Notes: a model not told the origin generated them from the letters alone. Shown: positions 1-13,975, counted from the first letter of the stretch. The stretch: DNA of 64,000 nt from the human T2T-CHM13v2.0 reference genome, Homo sapiens (GCF_009914755.1 NC_060934.1), one strand, 5' to 3'. Program-made: numbers and translations.

Positions 1-1644
1 CTTGGTTTTCTAGAACACAGTGGGGATGGGTGCTCAGTAAATGGGAGTGATTGTTTTCTTTGATGTCAGAGAAGGTGACATTTGAACTGGGCCTTGAAGG
101 ATGAGTAGAAGTTTGCTGGGGTCAGGGGGTGGGGAGGGCCTTCTGGGCAGGGGGAAGAGCTTGAGCAGGCTAGTGATGGTTGGGCAGAGGAAGGAGCACC
201 ATGTCAGGTGGGGCTGGGGAGTGGACCCTAGAAGACACGCGGGGCAGGGGGGCTTGGTCTGACCTTGAAGGAAGGGCAGGATGGAAGAAGGGGTGTGGGG
301 CAGGGATGGGGTAGGTTGCTCTCTTGAAGAGGCTGGGCTGGGAGTTGAGAGATAATGGCTGCGTGACTCTGAGCAAGCTGGCCCCTTCTCTGGGCCTCAG
401 TTGCCTCCTGGGTGCATTAAGGAAGCTGGAATGTGTAAGCTCAGACCCCTTCCAGCTCTGGCATTGGTGCTTTGTGGCATGGGGCTGACCTTGTTGGAGT
501 TTGGAGCCAGGCCCCTGTAAACCTGTAGTTGATGGCTCCCTCCTACATTGTGGTTAATTCATGCCTAACACTGGGGTATGGGATACTTTGTCTTACTTCC
601 CACCCACTGTTATGGAGGGCCTTCTGGGTGTCCTAGCTGTGGGAGGGGAAAGAGAAAGATCCAGGAATGAAAAAGCAGGGCCCTTGCCCTGGAGGGGTTT
701 GTAGGCTAGTGGGGACCCAGACATAAAAGCAAACTTGAGAATCTAGTGAGAGGCAGCAGGAGAAGGACCTGTTTAGTTTGGTTAGGGCATCTAGGAAGGT
801 TCCCTGGAGGAGGTAGCAATTGCTCAAGACTGTTCAGACATTATAAACATGAAAGATAGTGCCAGGCCCCTGACCAGCAGAAAGAATGACTGACCCAGCC
901 AGTCTTGAGGATGTCCAGGGGCAGGAAATAAGGGATGTGGGGGCGGGGCCTGGTCCTGCCTGCAAAGTGCTTCCTCTGGGGTTGTGGGCAGCTAGCCTGG
1001 GATGCTGTTAGACCTGAGAGTCCCAGACTGGGAATGTGTCCAGTGACCTGACGGGCCACTCTTCAGAGCCACTAACACTCTGCACCTGGGAGGAACATGG
1101 GGTGGGGATCAGTTCTTTGCGGATCCTGGAGAAGTTGTGGCGTGCAAGGTTGGGGTCGGCAGAGTGGGGTCCCTGCTTCTCAGTGGGGCTGCATGCTCAC
1201 TGTGCCCATCTAGAATCCAGGCCACCAGCCTCCTGAAGGGTTGCTTCTCCTACGGCCATCTCTGCCTCCCCAGGCCCTGGGGCCTGATGCCCTGCGACGG
1301 GGTGACGGGAGCTTGGCTGCACCGTGTTTCCCCCTTTGCCTTCAGTGCCTCTGTGAGTCAGGGCCTGGCGCGGAAGCAGCCACACGTGTAAGATTTGTCA
1401 CCATCTGGTTCTGTTTTCCACTCTCTGCAGATCTTGCATTTTTGATGGGTTATACTGAGTAGACCCTGGCAGACGGCTTTGGGAGGGGCAGGGGAGGCTG
1501 CATCCCAGCCCAGCTGCTCACCACTGAACAAGTCACAGAAGCTCCTTCGGCACCTCCCTGTTGTCTTTAAAATGGGACTACAGTGTGGGGTGGGGCGGGG
1601 GGAGTTGAGAACTTCAGGGTAAGGGCCTTCTTTATGGGAGGCTG

Positions 1645-1764
1645 AAAATATTTTAAAATTGTGGCAGTGGTTACACAATTCTGAGAATATACTAAAAACA
1701 ATTACAATATGCACTTTAAGTGGGTGAATTATATGGTATGTTATATCTCAATAAACCTGTTACT
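1645..1764 (+). mobile_element. Old L1M 3' end fragment interrupted by an Alu
   Basis: ...cactttaagtgggtgaattatatggtatgttatatctcaataaa resembles the L1MB/ME 3' terminus. Confidence 0.6.
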
Positions 1765-2084
<320 letters not shown>

Positions 2085-2360
2085 TTACTAAAAGCACCTG
2101 GCCTATGGAAGGGCCCCACGAAAGGTGGTGTTCGTAATTCCAAGGAAATAGTCTAGTTTGGGGGAAAGAGCAGGATGTGCTCACTCCAGCACAGATCAGC
2201 TGTGGGACCTTGAGCGAGTGTCTTCATCTCCCTATGCTTAGATTCCTCATCTGTAGGAAGGGCAGAGGAACAGTTGTCTATGGGGTTGTTCAGAGGATTA
2301 AATGAGATAAGGCAAAGTGTAGGGCATGGTTTATGGCAGGGCCTTAAAAATGGATAAAAG

Positions 2361-2586
2361 TCTGCAACCTCCGCCTCCTGGGTTCAAGTGATTCTCCTGT
2401 CTCAGCCTCCTGAGCATCTGGGACTACAGGCGTGCACCACCATGCCCAGCTGATTTTTGTATTTTTAGTAGAGTCAGAGTTTCACCATGTTGGCCACACT
2501 GGTCTCAAAATCCTGACCTCAGCCTCAGCTGATCCACCTGCCTCTGCCTCCCAAAGTGCTGGGATTACAGGCACCGCACCCGGCCA
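2361..2586 (-). mobile_element. AluS, lacking its tail end
   Basis: ctgcaacctccgcctcctgggttcaag...gctgggattacaggcaccgcacccggcc. Confidence 0.88.
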
Positions 2587-5246
2587 ATCGTGATTACTTT
2601 TTAACAGTGATTATTAATAATGATAAATATTACAAATATCATCAGAGTCCCTTTATTGCAATGATATATAGATCATTGGCATTATCTGACTGGCCCTTGG
2701 CCAAGTCCTGGGGATGCAGGGATGAAGCTCAGCCCTCTGCCCCTGTATTCCAGAAGCCCACGGTTTAAAGGGGAGGCTGAACTGCACAGTAGACAGTAAA
2801 AAGCAACACAGACCATACTAAGCTTCAGTGATTTGTGGGAATACAGGGAAGCATAATGCATGCCAGGGGTGGCTTGGAGGTGAGTACTGAGAAGGAGGGG
2901 TGCTCAGGGAAGGCTTCTAGGGTAGGGGACATTTGGGCTGGGTTTTAAAGGATCAGTAGGGGTTTTCAAAGCCACGGAGTGAGAATTGTAGTCATTCTGT
3001 AGGGAAGGAAATCCTGTGTCTCTGCAAGATTCAGGAAATGGCAGGTCATTTCAGCTCTCCGTGGGAGAGGGAGAATGGTGAAAATGTAATTGGAAAATGT
3101 CAACCTCACCATGGAGCTTGGCCTTACCCCTGGCATCATGGGGAGCCATGGAGGTTTGTAAACAGGAGTCACATTAGTGTTTGAGAAAGACACTCATCCT
3201 TCCAGCTCGATGCTGGTGCACAGCAGACTTGTCTGTGGCTTTTTGGTCTCCTGTGCCAAACACCTGTCCTTGCCCCGGGGGCTGCTCTTGACTGGCTGGA
3301 TGAGTGAGTAGGCGTCCTGTGGGCGCCCTGGGAAGCTGCGGGTCGGCTCCACATTCCACCCTGCTTTGGAGGTGTGGAGTGTGGAGGCTTGGAGTCTCAC
3401 TGTGACCTACCCCCTCCCAGACACCCAGCTGGCTTGTCCCCTTACATCTTGACCTGCAGGCCTCCTGCCCTCACACATGTGTGCCTAGAGACCCTGGGAG
3501 GGGCAGGGGGCACCAGAGCCCTGTGTGTGGCCCCACATTGGTGCAGACCTTGCTGCCTTGCTGACCTGCCTCTCTAGCCTTATGGGCTCCAGCTCACAGA
3601 TGGCTGTCCCCGCCCCTGCCCTGTCCAGGCTGGCCTGCTCTCGCCTCACTTTTCAGCCCCTTCCCTTGGCTGTGCTGTTCACACCTTCCCTGTCCCCTCA
3701 CTTGATGTATGTCCCATTTCAACTACCAGTTCCTAGAAATCAGAGACTGTCTTAAATGTGTGCATTTCCTGGAGCATTGAGCATAAGTCTGGGCCCCTGG
3801 GTTGGAGGGGCAGGAGGTGGAAATTTCAGATGCACCAGGAGTAAGCAGGTAACAGAAGAAAGAGAAGAGGACCGGGTAGTCATAGGGGGTGGGATTATGG
3901 CAAAAGGGAGAGGACTTGCCCACTCCAGTGTCACTCTGGTATTATAAGAGGTTTGAGTATTGTAGGAGAAATGGGAAATATGGATTTTTAGGTAATTCTT
4001 AAGCCATTGTATGAACCAAACCCAGCAAGGCTGTTAGCTGGAGGCCTTGGGTTGCTTGTGAGCTCAGCAGCATGTGCTGGGGGGTGAGTGTGACCCTGGA
4101 ACCAGCCCGCCTGGGCTGAAATCCCAGCTCTGCCTGTTACATGCCATGACCCTGAGCAGTTAGCTCACCTCTGTGTGGTTCGGTTTTCTCATCTGGAAAG
4201 TGGGGATCATAATAGTAATCACTTCATACAGTTGTCATGTGTGTAAAGGGTTTAGTGCAGTCCCCAGTACACTCAGCTGTTGCTATTACATGGTGTGGAT
4301 TACTGGTTGGTTGAGTCTACCAGGTCTGAGGGGATGGTGGCAGGAAAGAAGTCAAGAGCACCCCATTTTTCTGGCTGCCACTCCCAGAGGGGTCTCTGGG
4401 TTTTCAGTGGGGCACACAGAGCCCGTGTTGGCCTTGGACCCCCTCAGGCCCGTTAGTTTTCTCGGGGTGCACCTTGCTTCTCCTTCAGTTTGCTGCTGGC
4501 CCTGAACATTCCCACCTGTAGTTCCCAGAGGTGCAGGGCAGAGTGTGGTCACCTATGTGTCCTCATGACCCAGCACTGGGCCTGCCGGACAACCGTCTGG
4601 GTGAGGAGGCATAAACTCCTGTAGTTAGATGAGGGGACAGCATTTGTCGTCCTCTCCGTGGCTATCTGGCCATCTGCTCCTAGGCCAGAGGTGGTGACTG
4701 CTGAGGCACGCACACTGCCATTTGCCCTCCTGCGCCCTGGCAGGCCCTGCAGGCCCGCTGTGGCACGCTGTCCCTGGGCCTCAGACCCCCCTGCATGTGC
4801 TCACGTAGTCACTCTCCGTGGGCCGAGTGGGCGTGTAGGGGAAACCCGTTTACCTCCCCGCCCTCAGCACTCCCTTCGTGAGCAAGTTTCTGTCTTCAGG
4901 GTGCACACCCTCTCTGAGAGTGGGAGCTGGTTTCTCATGTTTGCCACTTAGATAACCCGGTTTCCTGGGAAATACTGGGTACCTCTCGGCAATCTGTGTT
5001 TGCAGCACACGAAACAAGAAAGGGAGTCTTTGGAAAGAAAGGGGGCTTCTCCTGACCCGCCTGCCAGGGTGACTGTGGGTCTTCAGTGTGGAAAGAGGAA
5101 GTCACTGCTTCGTGATTGGGGCAATGTGAGGGCCTGGAGGACACAGAGGGGCTGTGGTCTGCATGGGAGTGTCTTGATCCCAGCCAAATTCCAGGAGGTG
5201 GGCAGCACAGGCTCTCCTGGGGAAATAGGCAGGGTGGGAAACTGAG

Positions 5247-6178
5247 TGACTATCAGTTATCATTCTTGTGTAACAAATCAGTCTAAAACTTGGAACTGAA
5301 AACAACATTGTGTCCTTCCTCACAACTCTGTGGGTGGGCTGGCTGGTTCCTCCCCTGCCTGCTCCAGCCTGCTCACGTGGCTGTGCTCCGCTGAAGGGTG
5401 GGCTGGGCTGGAAGGCCCAAGCTGGCTTCTTTTACATGACCAGCATGGTGCTGGCTGTAGGCCGCGCGGCCTCAGTTCTCTCTGTGGCCAGTTATCCTCC
5501 AGTAGGCCGTCTCAGGGTAGCACTCCAACAGGGGGAAGGTGGAAGCTAGAATACCCCTTGAGGCCTAGCCTTGGGAGTTGCATGTATTAGTTCATTCTTG
5601 CACTGCTATAAAAAAATAACTGAGGCTGGGTAATTTAGAAAGAAAAAAGGTTTAATCAGCTCACAGTTCTGCAGGTTGTACAGGAAGCATAGCGGCTTCC
5701 ACTACTGGGGAGGCCTGAGGAAACTTCCAATCATGGCAGAAGGCAAAGGGGAGTGAGGTATCTCGCATGGCGGGAGCAGGAGCAAGATAGAGAGCAGGGG
5801 AGGGGGGTGCTACACACTTTTAAACAACCAGATCTCATTCACTGTCACGGTAACAGTGCCAAGAAGATAGTGCTAAACCATTCATGGGAAACCGACTCTG
5901 TGATTCAATCACCTCCTAGCAGGCCCCACCTCTAACATTAGGGATTACAATTTGAAATGAGATTTGGTGGGGACACAGATCCAAACCATATCATGGCATA
6001 AGATCACTTCTGCACCTTCTGCTGGTCAACGCAGGCCATAAAGCTGGACAAAATTTTCCAAGAGTGGGGAAATGGACTCTTCCATTTGAGGGAAGGAGTG
6101 GTAAAGTCTCATTGTAAAGAGATGGTGCACAGAAACAAGAGGACAAGTTGCAGCCATCTTTGCAAATATTCTTCCACA
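5247..6178. mobile_element. Old MLT1-type MaLR LTR split by the MST LTR
   Basis: tatcagttatc...gtgtaacaaatca...aaaact upstream and ...gcagccatctttgcaaat...ccaca downstream resemble MLT1 ends. Confidence 0.55.
5583..5993. mobile_element. MSTA/MSTB-like MaLR solo LTR
   Basis: TGTATTAGTTCATTC...GCTATAAA to GATTTGGTGGGGACACAGATCCAAACCATATCA; flanks ttgca/tggca approximate a 5-bp TSD. Confidence 0.85.
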
Positions 6179-6485
6179 TTGCCCCTAGGCAAGTGATTTG
6201 ACGTCTCTGAGCCTCAGTTTATGTATCTGTAAAGTGGGTGTCCCTACCTTGTAGTTTTGTGGGTTAGAAATTATGCACTTAAAGTGCTGCCACAGTGCCT
6301 GGAGAAATAAAAGTTAGCATTTCTTCTTCTTCCTGCTGATGTCTTAGAATAAATAAGGAAACTGAGGCAGGATCCACAGCAGGTTTGTCTCCAGCTCTCT
6401 GGGCGCCCATGCCAGGGCTCTTCCCCCTGCTTTCCAGAGGCCCCCTCCTGTCTGGGCCGCTGTCTGTCTGAGCAGAGGCCCCGGG

Positions 6486-6520
6486 CCTGGGTCCTGGGTC
6501 CTGGGTCCTGGGTCCTGGGT
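6486..6520. repeat. (CCTGGGT)5 heptamer tandem repeat
   Basis: Direct reading of the sequence. Confidence 0.9.
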
Positions 6521-7923
6521 GGTTTTCCAGTCCTCCAGCCAGTCTGATCTTGCAGTTTTACCTCCCTTGTCTCCTCATGACCATGCTTCACTGTCTGCCC
6601 TGGATTAATAACTTATTTATGATATGGAATAAAAGCCAGACATCACCTCACTGCGGCTCCTCCGGAGCAGAGCCGGCCTCCCATTCCAGCAAGGGCTGGT
6701 TTTATTTTTCTTCCTCTGTGTCTTCAGGCACTGGCTGGAGGGAGGGCGGCCTGAGGGCTGCTTAGCAGGCTGGTGAGAGTGATGGGGGCTGTGCTTGTCT
6801 CTCCATGTGCCTTCCAGCCCCAGGGTGGTACAGGCCCAGGGTGGGCTCTCAGTGAGGGCCCAGGAGATTCCACATTCCCAGGCACTGCAGTGGAAAGTTC
6901 CCAAACCATCCACCAGGCCCAGCATTCCATTTTCAGCATGTGGGTCTTGCCCTGCTTTCAAAGCCCTAAAAACAACAACAGTGATAATATTTACATGCTG
7001 CTTCATCCTTAGCAGCACCAAGGAGCTCCCTGTCAACATAAGCTCAGGCACCTGCAGATACCCTTGTGTTATGAAAACCTGCATGGATCCCAGCTCAGCG
7101 TACTTTCCACCATTCGCCCTGACTTTGGCCTGAGTTGGAGACAGCTGTGGCTGGAAAAGGCTTTGGGGCCCTCTAGCTCCCTCTTCATTTTCCAGTAGAG
7201 GAAGCCGAGGCTCAAGTTGGGGAGGAGATCCAGGGTCATGGAATAGCAGGTGAGTGTCAGGTGTCAGGGCACGCAAGGACCAAGGTTCCTGACTCCCAGG
7301 CAATGTTCCTCTCGCAGTTCCAGGCAGCCTCTCCTGTCAGTGGAAAGGCCAAGCGTATGTGAACAGAAACTCAAGGTCGTAAACTGTGTGCTGTCCCGTG
7401 ATATGGTAGCTGTGGCAACAGCTTCAGAATGATTAATGCTAAAAGTGATTGGTCTAATGGTGGTGGGAGGTGAAGGGGCCTGGGGGTACTGAGTAGAGGT
7501 GTTTATGAGGCTCCCACTATGAGGGGGAGGGCTGCTTAACTTCTGCGTGTCATTGTCTTCTCTGAAACTGGGAGGCCAACTAAGAAAAACAGATGTCAAT
7601 GGCCCAGTTAGTGGGATTTGATGCTCAAACGGAACCTTCTGGTGTTTCTCAGACTCAAGTCACCAGTGCTGCTGTTTTATCCATTTTCAAAATATTGGAG
7701 AGGGAGAGGGCTGCTGTTATGTACACATTACTTGTCATGGAACATTGAAAAACCCTGCAGTCTAATTTTCTTCTGCTTTCAGTAGCATGGCTGATGGGGC
7801 AGTAGAACAGGCCCCTTTTTAGAGAAATGTCTGGAGGTGAGATCGTTTGTTAGGACCAAGTTGGTCTGAATGCAAACTCTGTTCCCAACGGGTGGCTGAA
7901 GGCCTTTGTCAGCCTTTGCTTTT

Positions 7924-10685
7924 TTTTTTTTTTTTTAATTTATTTTTTTATTGATAATTCTTGGGTGTTTCTCACAGAGGGGGATTTGGCAGGGTCATGG
8001 GACAATAGTGGAGGGAAGGTCAGCAGATAAACAAGTGAACAAAGGTCTCTGGTTTTCCTAGGCAGAGGACCCTGCGGCCTTCCGCAGTGTTTGTGTCCCT
8101 GATTACTTGAGATTAGGGATTGGTGATGACTCTTAACGAGCATGCTGCCTTCAAGCATCTGTTTAACAAAGCACATCTTGCACCGCCCTTAATCCATTTA
8201 ACCCTGAGTGGACACAGCACATGTTTCAGAGAGCACAGGGTTGGGGGTAAGGTCACAGATCAACAGGATCCCAAGACAGAGGAATTTTTCTTAGTGCAGA
8301 ACAAAATGAAAAGTCTCCCATGTCTACTTCTTTCTACACAGACACGGCAACCATCCGATTTCTCAATCTTTTCCCCGCCTTTCCCGCCTTTCTATTCCAC
8401 AAAGCCGCCATTGTCATCCTGGCCCGTTCTCAATGAGCTGTTGGGCACACCTCCCAGACGGGGTGGTGGCTGGGCAGAGGCGCCCCTCACCTCCCGGACG
8501 GGGCGGCTGGCTGGGCGGGGGGGGCTGACCCCCCCCACCTCCCTCCCGGACGGGGCGGCTGGCCGGGCGGGGGGCTGACACCCCCACCTCCCTCCCGGAC
8601 GGGGCGGCTGGCCGGGCAGAGGGGCTCCTCACTTCCCAGTAGGGGCGGCCGGGCAGAGGCGCCCCTCACCTCCCGGACGGGGCGGCTGGCCGGGCGGGGG
8701 GGCTGACCCCCCCCACCTCCCTCCCGGACGGGGCGGCTGGCCGGGCAGAGGGGCTCCTCACTTCCCAGTAGGGGCGGCCGGGCAGAGGCGCCCCTCACCT
8801 CCCGGACGGGGCGGCTGGCCGGGCGGGGGGGCTGACCCCCCCCACCTCCCTCCCGGACGGGGCGGCTGGCCGGGCAGAGGGGCTCCTCACTTCCCAGTAG
8901 GGGCGGCCGGGCAGAGGCGCCCCTCACCTCCCGGACGGGGCCACTGGCCGGGCAGGGGGGCTGACCCCCCCCACCTCCCTCCCGGACGGGGCGGCTGGCT
9001 GGGCGGGGGGCTGACCCCCCCACCTCCCTCCCGGACGAGGCGGCTGGCCGGGCGTGGGGCTGACACCCCCACCTCCCTCCTGGACAGGGCGGCTGGCCGG
9101 GCGGGGGGCCGACCCCCCCACCTCCCTCCCGGACGGGGCGGCTGGCCGGGCAGAGGGGCTCCTCACTTCCCAGTAGGGGCGGCCGGGCAGAGGCGCCCCT
9201 CAACTCCCAGACGGGGCGGCTGGCCGGGCGGAGGGCTGACCCCCCCACCTCCCTCCCGGACAGGGCGGCTGGCCGGGCGGGGGGCTGACCCCCCCACCTC
9301 CCTCCCGGATGGGGCGGCTGGCCGGGCAGAGGGGCTCCTCACTTCCCAGTAGGGGCGGCCGGGCAGAGGCGCCCCTCACCTCCCAGACGGGGCGGCTGGC
9401 CGGGCGGGGCGCTGACCCCCCCACCTCCCTCCCGGACGGGGCGGCTGGCCAGGCGGGGGGCTGACCCCCCCACCTCCCTCCCAGACGGGGCGGCTGGCCG
9501 GGTGGGGGGGCTGACCCCCCCATCTCCCTCCCGGACGGGGTGGCTGGCCGGGCTGAGGGGCTCCTCACTTCCCAGTAGGGGCGGCCGGGCAGAGGCGCCC
9601 CTCACCTCCCGGACGGGGCGGCTGGCCGGGCGGGGGGCTGACCCCCCCACCTCCCTCCTGGACGGCACGGCTGTCCGGGCGGGGGGGCTGACCCCCCACC
9701 TCCCTCCCGGATGGGGCGGCTGGCCGGGCGGGGGGCTGACCCCCCCCCCGACCTCCCTCCCGGACGGGGTGGCTGCCGGGCGGAGACGCTCCTCACTTCC
9801 CAGATGGGGTGGCTGCCGGGCGGAGAGGCTCCTCACTTCTCAGACGGGGCAGCTGCCGGGCGGAGGGGCTCCTCACTTCTCAGACGGGGTGGTTGCCAGG
9901 CAGAGGGTCTCCTCACTTCTCAGATGGGGCGGCCGGGCAGAGACGCTCCTCACCTCCCAGACGGGGTCTCGGCCGGGCAGAGGCGCTCCTCACATCCCAG
10001 ATGGGGCGGCGGGGCAGAGGCGCTCCCCACATCTCAGATGATGGGCGGCCGGGCAGAGAGGCTCCTCACTTCCTAGATGTGATGGCGGCTGGGAAGAGGC
10101 GCTCCTCACTTCCTAGATGGGATGGCCGCCGGGCAGAGACGCTCCTCACTTTCCAGACTGGGCAGCCAGGCAGAGGGGCTCCTCACATCCCAGACGATGG
10201 GCGGCCAGGCAGAGACACTCCTCACTTCCCAGACGGGGTGGCGGCCGGGCAGAGGCTGCAATCTCGGCACTTTGGGAGGCCAAGGCAGGCGGCTGGGAGG
10301 TGTAGGTTGTAGTGAGCCGAGATCACGCCACTGCACTCCAGCCTGGGCACCATTGAGCACTGAGTGAACGAGACTCCGTCTGCAATCCCGGCACCTCGGG
10401 AGGCCGAGGTTGGCGGATCACTCGCGGTTAGGGGCTGGAGACTGGCCCGGCCAACACAGCGAAACCCCGTCTCCACCAAAACCAGTCAGGCGTGGCGGCG
10501 CGTGCCTGCAATCGCAGGCATTCGGCAGACTGAGGCAGGAGAATCAGGCAGGGAGGTTGCAGTGAGCCGAGATGGCAGCAGTACAGTCCAGCTTCGGCTC
10601 CGCATGAGAGGGAGACCGGAGGGAGAGGGGGAGGGGGAGGGGGAGGGGGAGGGGGAGGGGGAGGGGGAGGGGGAGGGAGAGGGAG
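7924..10685 (-). mobile_element. Full-length SVA retrotransposon, most like SVA_F, antisense to ADAMTS14 in intron 2
   Basis: On +: poly-T ~7920-7936, SINE-R to ~8450, GC-rich VNTR ~8450-10250, Alu-like domain ~10250-10610, hexamer head 10621-10686. TSD AGCCTTTGCTTTT at 7911-7923 and 10686-10698 with a TT/AAAA endonuclease site on the - strand. Motifs I recall as SVA_F-diagnostic (CTCATGCGGAGCC, ACAACCTACACC, CTGGTTTTGGTGGAG on -) are present. Confidence 0.93.
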
Positions 10686-12991
10686 AGCCTTTGCTTTTAA
10701 GCCAGCCACATATTTACACCTTTGGTCTGTCCAGAAACAGCCTGCCACTTTCCCCTCCAAGCCACTCCCGTCCCCCAGGCAGAGGTTCACATCCACCCCT
10801 TGAGGCTGGCAGGGGCCCACACTCTATGAGTTAGCTCCTCCAGCCTGAAGAGGCCTGTGTTCCACAGCCTGGCCGACTGCTGGCCTGGGTGCATCGTGCC
10901 TTTGAGGCTTTGTCACTTCAAAATTCATAGTCCCCGCGTAGGGAGATGCTAGGTAAAATATGCCGTCCCCTAATCCACGGCCACAGTTTTGGGGAAGCGG
11001 ATCTCTCACAAGGGTGGTATACCCAAGGGAGTTTGTTTTAAGGCCTGACCCGAAGGATGCTTGTTTAGCATGGTTTCATTCCAAAGTCAGTTGTGCAGCA
11101 CCAACCAGTTCATCCCCCTGAAGCTCACGTCTAGAAGAAGGACAGAGATACCTGGACAGGGATAGAGCACCTGCCAAGAGCCACCACCACAGAGCACAAA
11201 GGAGGGAGCAGTGATGGGGTGGCCTTCGAGCTGGGTGAAAGGGGCATTCCTAGTGGGGTGCACAGCAGGGGCGAAGGCGCGGAGGCCCATGGGAACTGTG
11301 GCTCTGGTACAGAACGGGTCCTGTGTGGCTCCATTGTGGGGATTTTTGTTGCTGGTAATTCTAAAAGGGAAACCAACACAGCATAATAAGAATAACCAGC
11401 ACTGGGGTGGTGTGAGCCACCTCCTGTCTCTCCCAGATGATGACATTCGCCTTCCTGCGCTCCCTTGCCCCTGCAGTGTATTCGCCAACAGCAGCCTGGG
11501 CAGTCCTGTTACAATCCGAGTCCTCCATGGTTCGCGGCATTCCTCCCAGAGAAGCCAGCCAGGCCCTGGGCCGCCATCGCTCCTCCTCACTGCCCTCCCT
11601 GAAGGGAACATTCCTCCCCAGGGACTGCCAGGGCCTGCCCCTCAGACCCCTCAGGCTTTCACTCAAATGTCACCTTCAGAGCGACGTCCTCCCTGGCAAC
11701 CTTATTCACAATTTCCAGCTCCAGTCCTCTCTTCTCCATGGCTCCTTCCATTTGGTATGTCACATATTTCTAGTTATTTATCGCCTGTCACCACCCTGCT
11801 GTAGAATGTTAGCTCCGTGCAAAGAGTAATTTTTGGCTGTGTCTCCAGCACCTAGATCAGGGGCTTCTCAGTCATCATCTGATGAATGAATGAGTGAATA
11901 TGTGCTATTGCAGGCAAGGGTTTAGGAGAAGCAAGTTACAGAGACATAGGTGAACATGTGAAGGGAGGGGGTCTGGAGAGGGGGTCTGGTGGCTGCAGTG
12001 TGGGCATTTGTGCTGCTAGTGCCTGGCAGGTGAACTGTAAGAGTGTGGCCAAATCTGGAACCTGTGCTAGTGGTGCTGGTCCCTGGGCAGGGTTAAGGAC
12101 AGGACCATGCCACCTGTCTGGGGTCTTCTGGCCAATTGTGTTTCATCTGCTCCTTCCACCCTTTGCAGAGGAGACTGGCCAGTGATACCTGGAGGGTCAT
12201 TGTGTCATCAGGAGCCACTTGTGGGGCTAGAGCTAGCCTGGCATTCTCCCATGCTTACCTGCATTCTGGAGGGAACTTGTCTCTTGGCCACTGCCAAGTC
12301 CCTCATCGGCAGCTCACTACAGACCTGGCTATGCATCAGATGCAGTGATAAACATTTATGTGCGTGATCTCACGTGGGAGGCATGGTTTAAAACTAGTCA
12401 GCGACCCACTGGGCCAGGCTGCTGTAGGGCTCATTCGGAGGGGAGGCCTGGCTGGGACAGTGACCTGTGGGGCCCTCTCTTGGGCCTGTTCTCCACTGCC
12501 AAGGGTGCAGCACCTTGCCCAGTGCTGCTCACTGTCAGCTGGTGTGCGTCTGAGTGGCAGCGTTCAAACTGCAGGGCCTCCACGCAGGGTGCCGCTCCTC
12601 CGCTCAGGGCCTGGCAGCCACACCGCCTGCTGGCACTTGAGGGCTGCTTCCTGTCTCTTCATCCTGGAGCCATGGCTGCTTCCAGGACTCAGGGCCAAGC
12701 AGGGGCCAGGCAGAGCTCCTTCGCCGAGCTTGGTGGGCTATGATGGTGACAGAGGGGGAAGCCTCAGAGCCGCTTGGCTCCTGGGCACTCGGGAATGGAA
12801 TCTGAGGGTGGCTGCTGGCCTGGCAAGATCTGCCCTGAGTCTGGCTGGGCTCCAGAGTGAGGGGTTTGCAGCAGAAGGCAGTCTCTGAGCACCTACAGGT
12901 CCTGCCTCTGGGCCAGGACATCTGCCTGTTGGCGGGGAAGGGGAGTAGAAATAAAAAGTGACCACCCCTCCTTTAAGAACTTCAAGCTTTT

Positions 12992-13402
<411 letters not shown>

Positions 13403-13802
13403 CTAATAATTGTCCTCACTCTCTGCACTATGGACCCCCAGCTTGGATGGCTGTGAGGGCATTGACTGGTCCTTGGCCACTCAGCAGATCACAGCTGCTC
13501 CCTCTACCTCCCAGGCTTCCCCCACGCTGGATCACTTGTGGTCTAGATGGCCCTTGGTCATGAAGTAAGAGGCGTGCGGTAACCCAGCCAGCTGGACTCC
13601 CTCTGTCCCCTCTCAGGGAACGTACTTATTGTATGCTCGTTTCCTCTCTTACTTGCCCATTTCTGGTGTTATGATGAACACACCTGTGCTGCTATTGCTC
13701 TCTTTATGAAACATGGATGACCACTTAAATGTCCCTTTTCGTGCCATTCTAAATGTCCCTCTTCTTGCCATTCCACTGTTTGAAAGCCTCCAGGGTTTGG
13801 AT

Positions 13803-13975
13803 GAGTGGTTCTGAGCCCTGGATGCACGTCTGAATCACCCAGCAGCTTCCAGAATGCACTGACTCCTGAGCCCCACCCATCAGGTTTTGATTTCATCGGT
13901 CTGGGAGGTCGCCGTAGTTTTGTAAATTCCTCCAGGTGATTTTAATGACTATCTAGGGGTAAGAATGGCTGCTGT
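13803..13975. mobile_element. MER5A-like hAT DNA transposon
   Basis: agtggttct...gaatcaccc...ccaggtgatt...aagaatggctg pattern. Confidence 0.6.

Noticed and set aside
6617-7303. 228-aa minus-strand ORF
   Set aside because: No recognisable homology or splice/promoter support; length is compatible with chance in GC-rich DNA given non-ATG starts.
8120-10834. Many long Pro/Gly/Arg-rich ORFs, including poly-Pro and (GE)n
   Set aside because: They are translations of the SVA SINE-R, VNTR and hexamer; GC-rich repeats lack stop codons.
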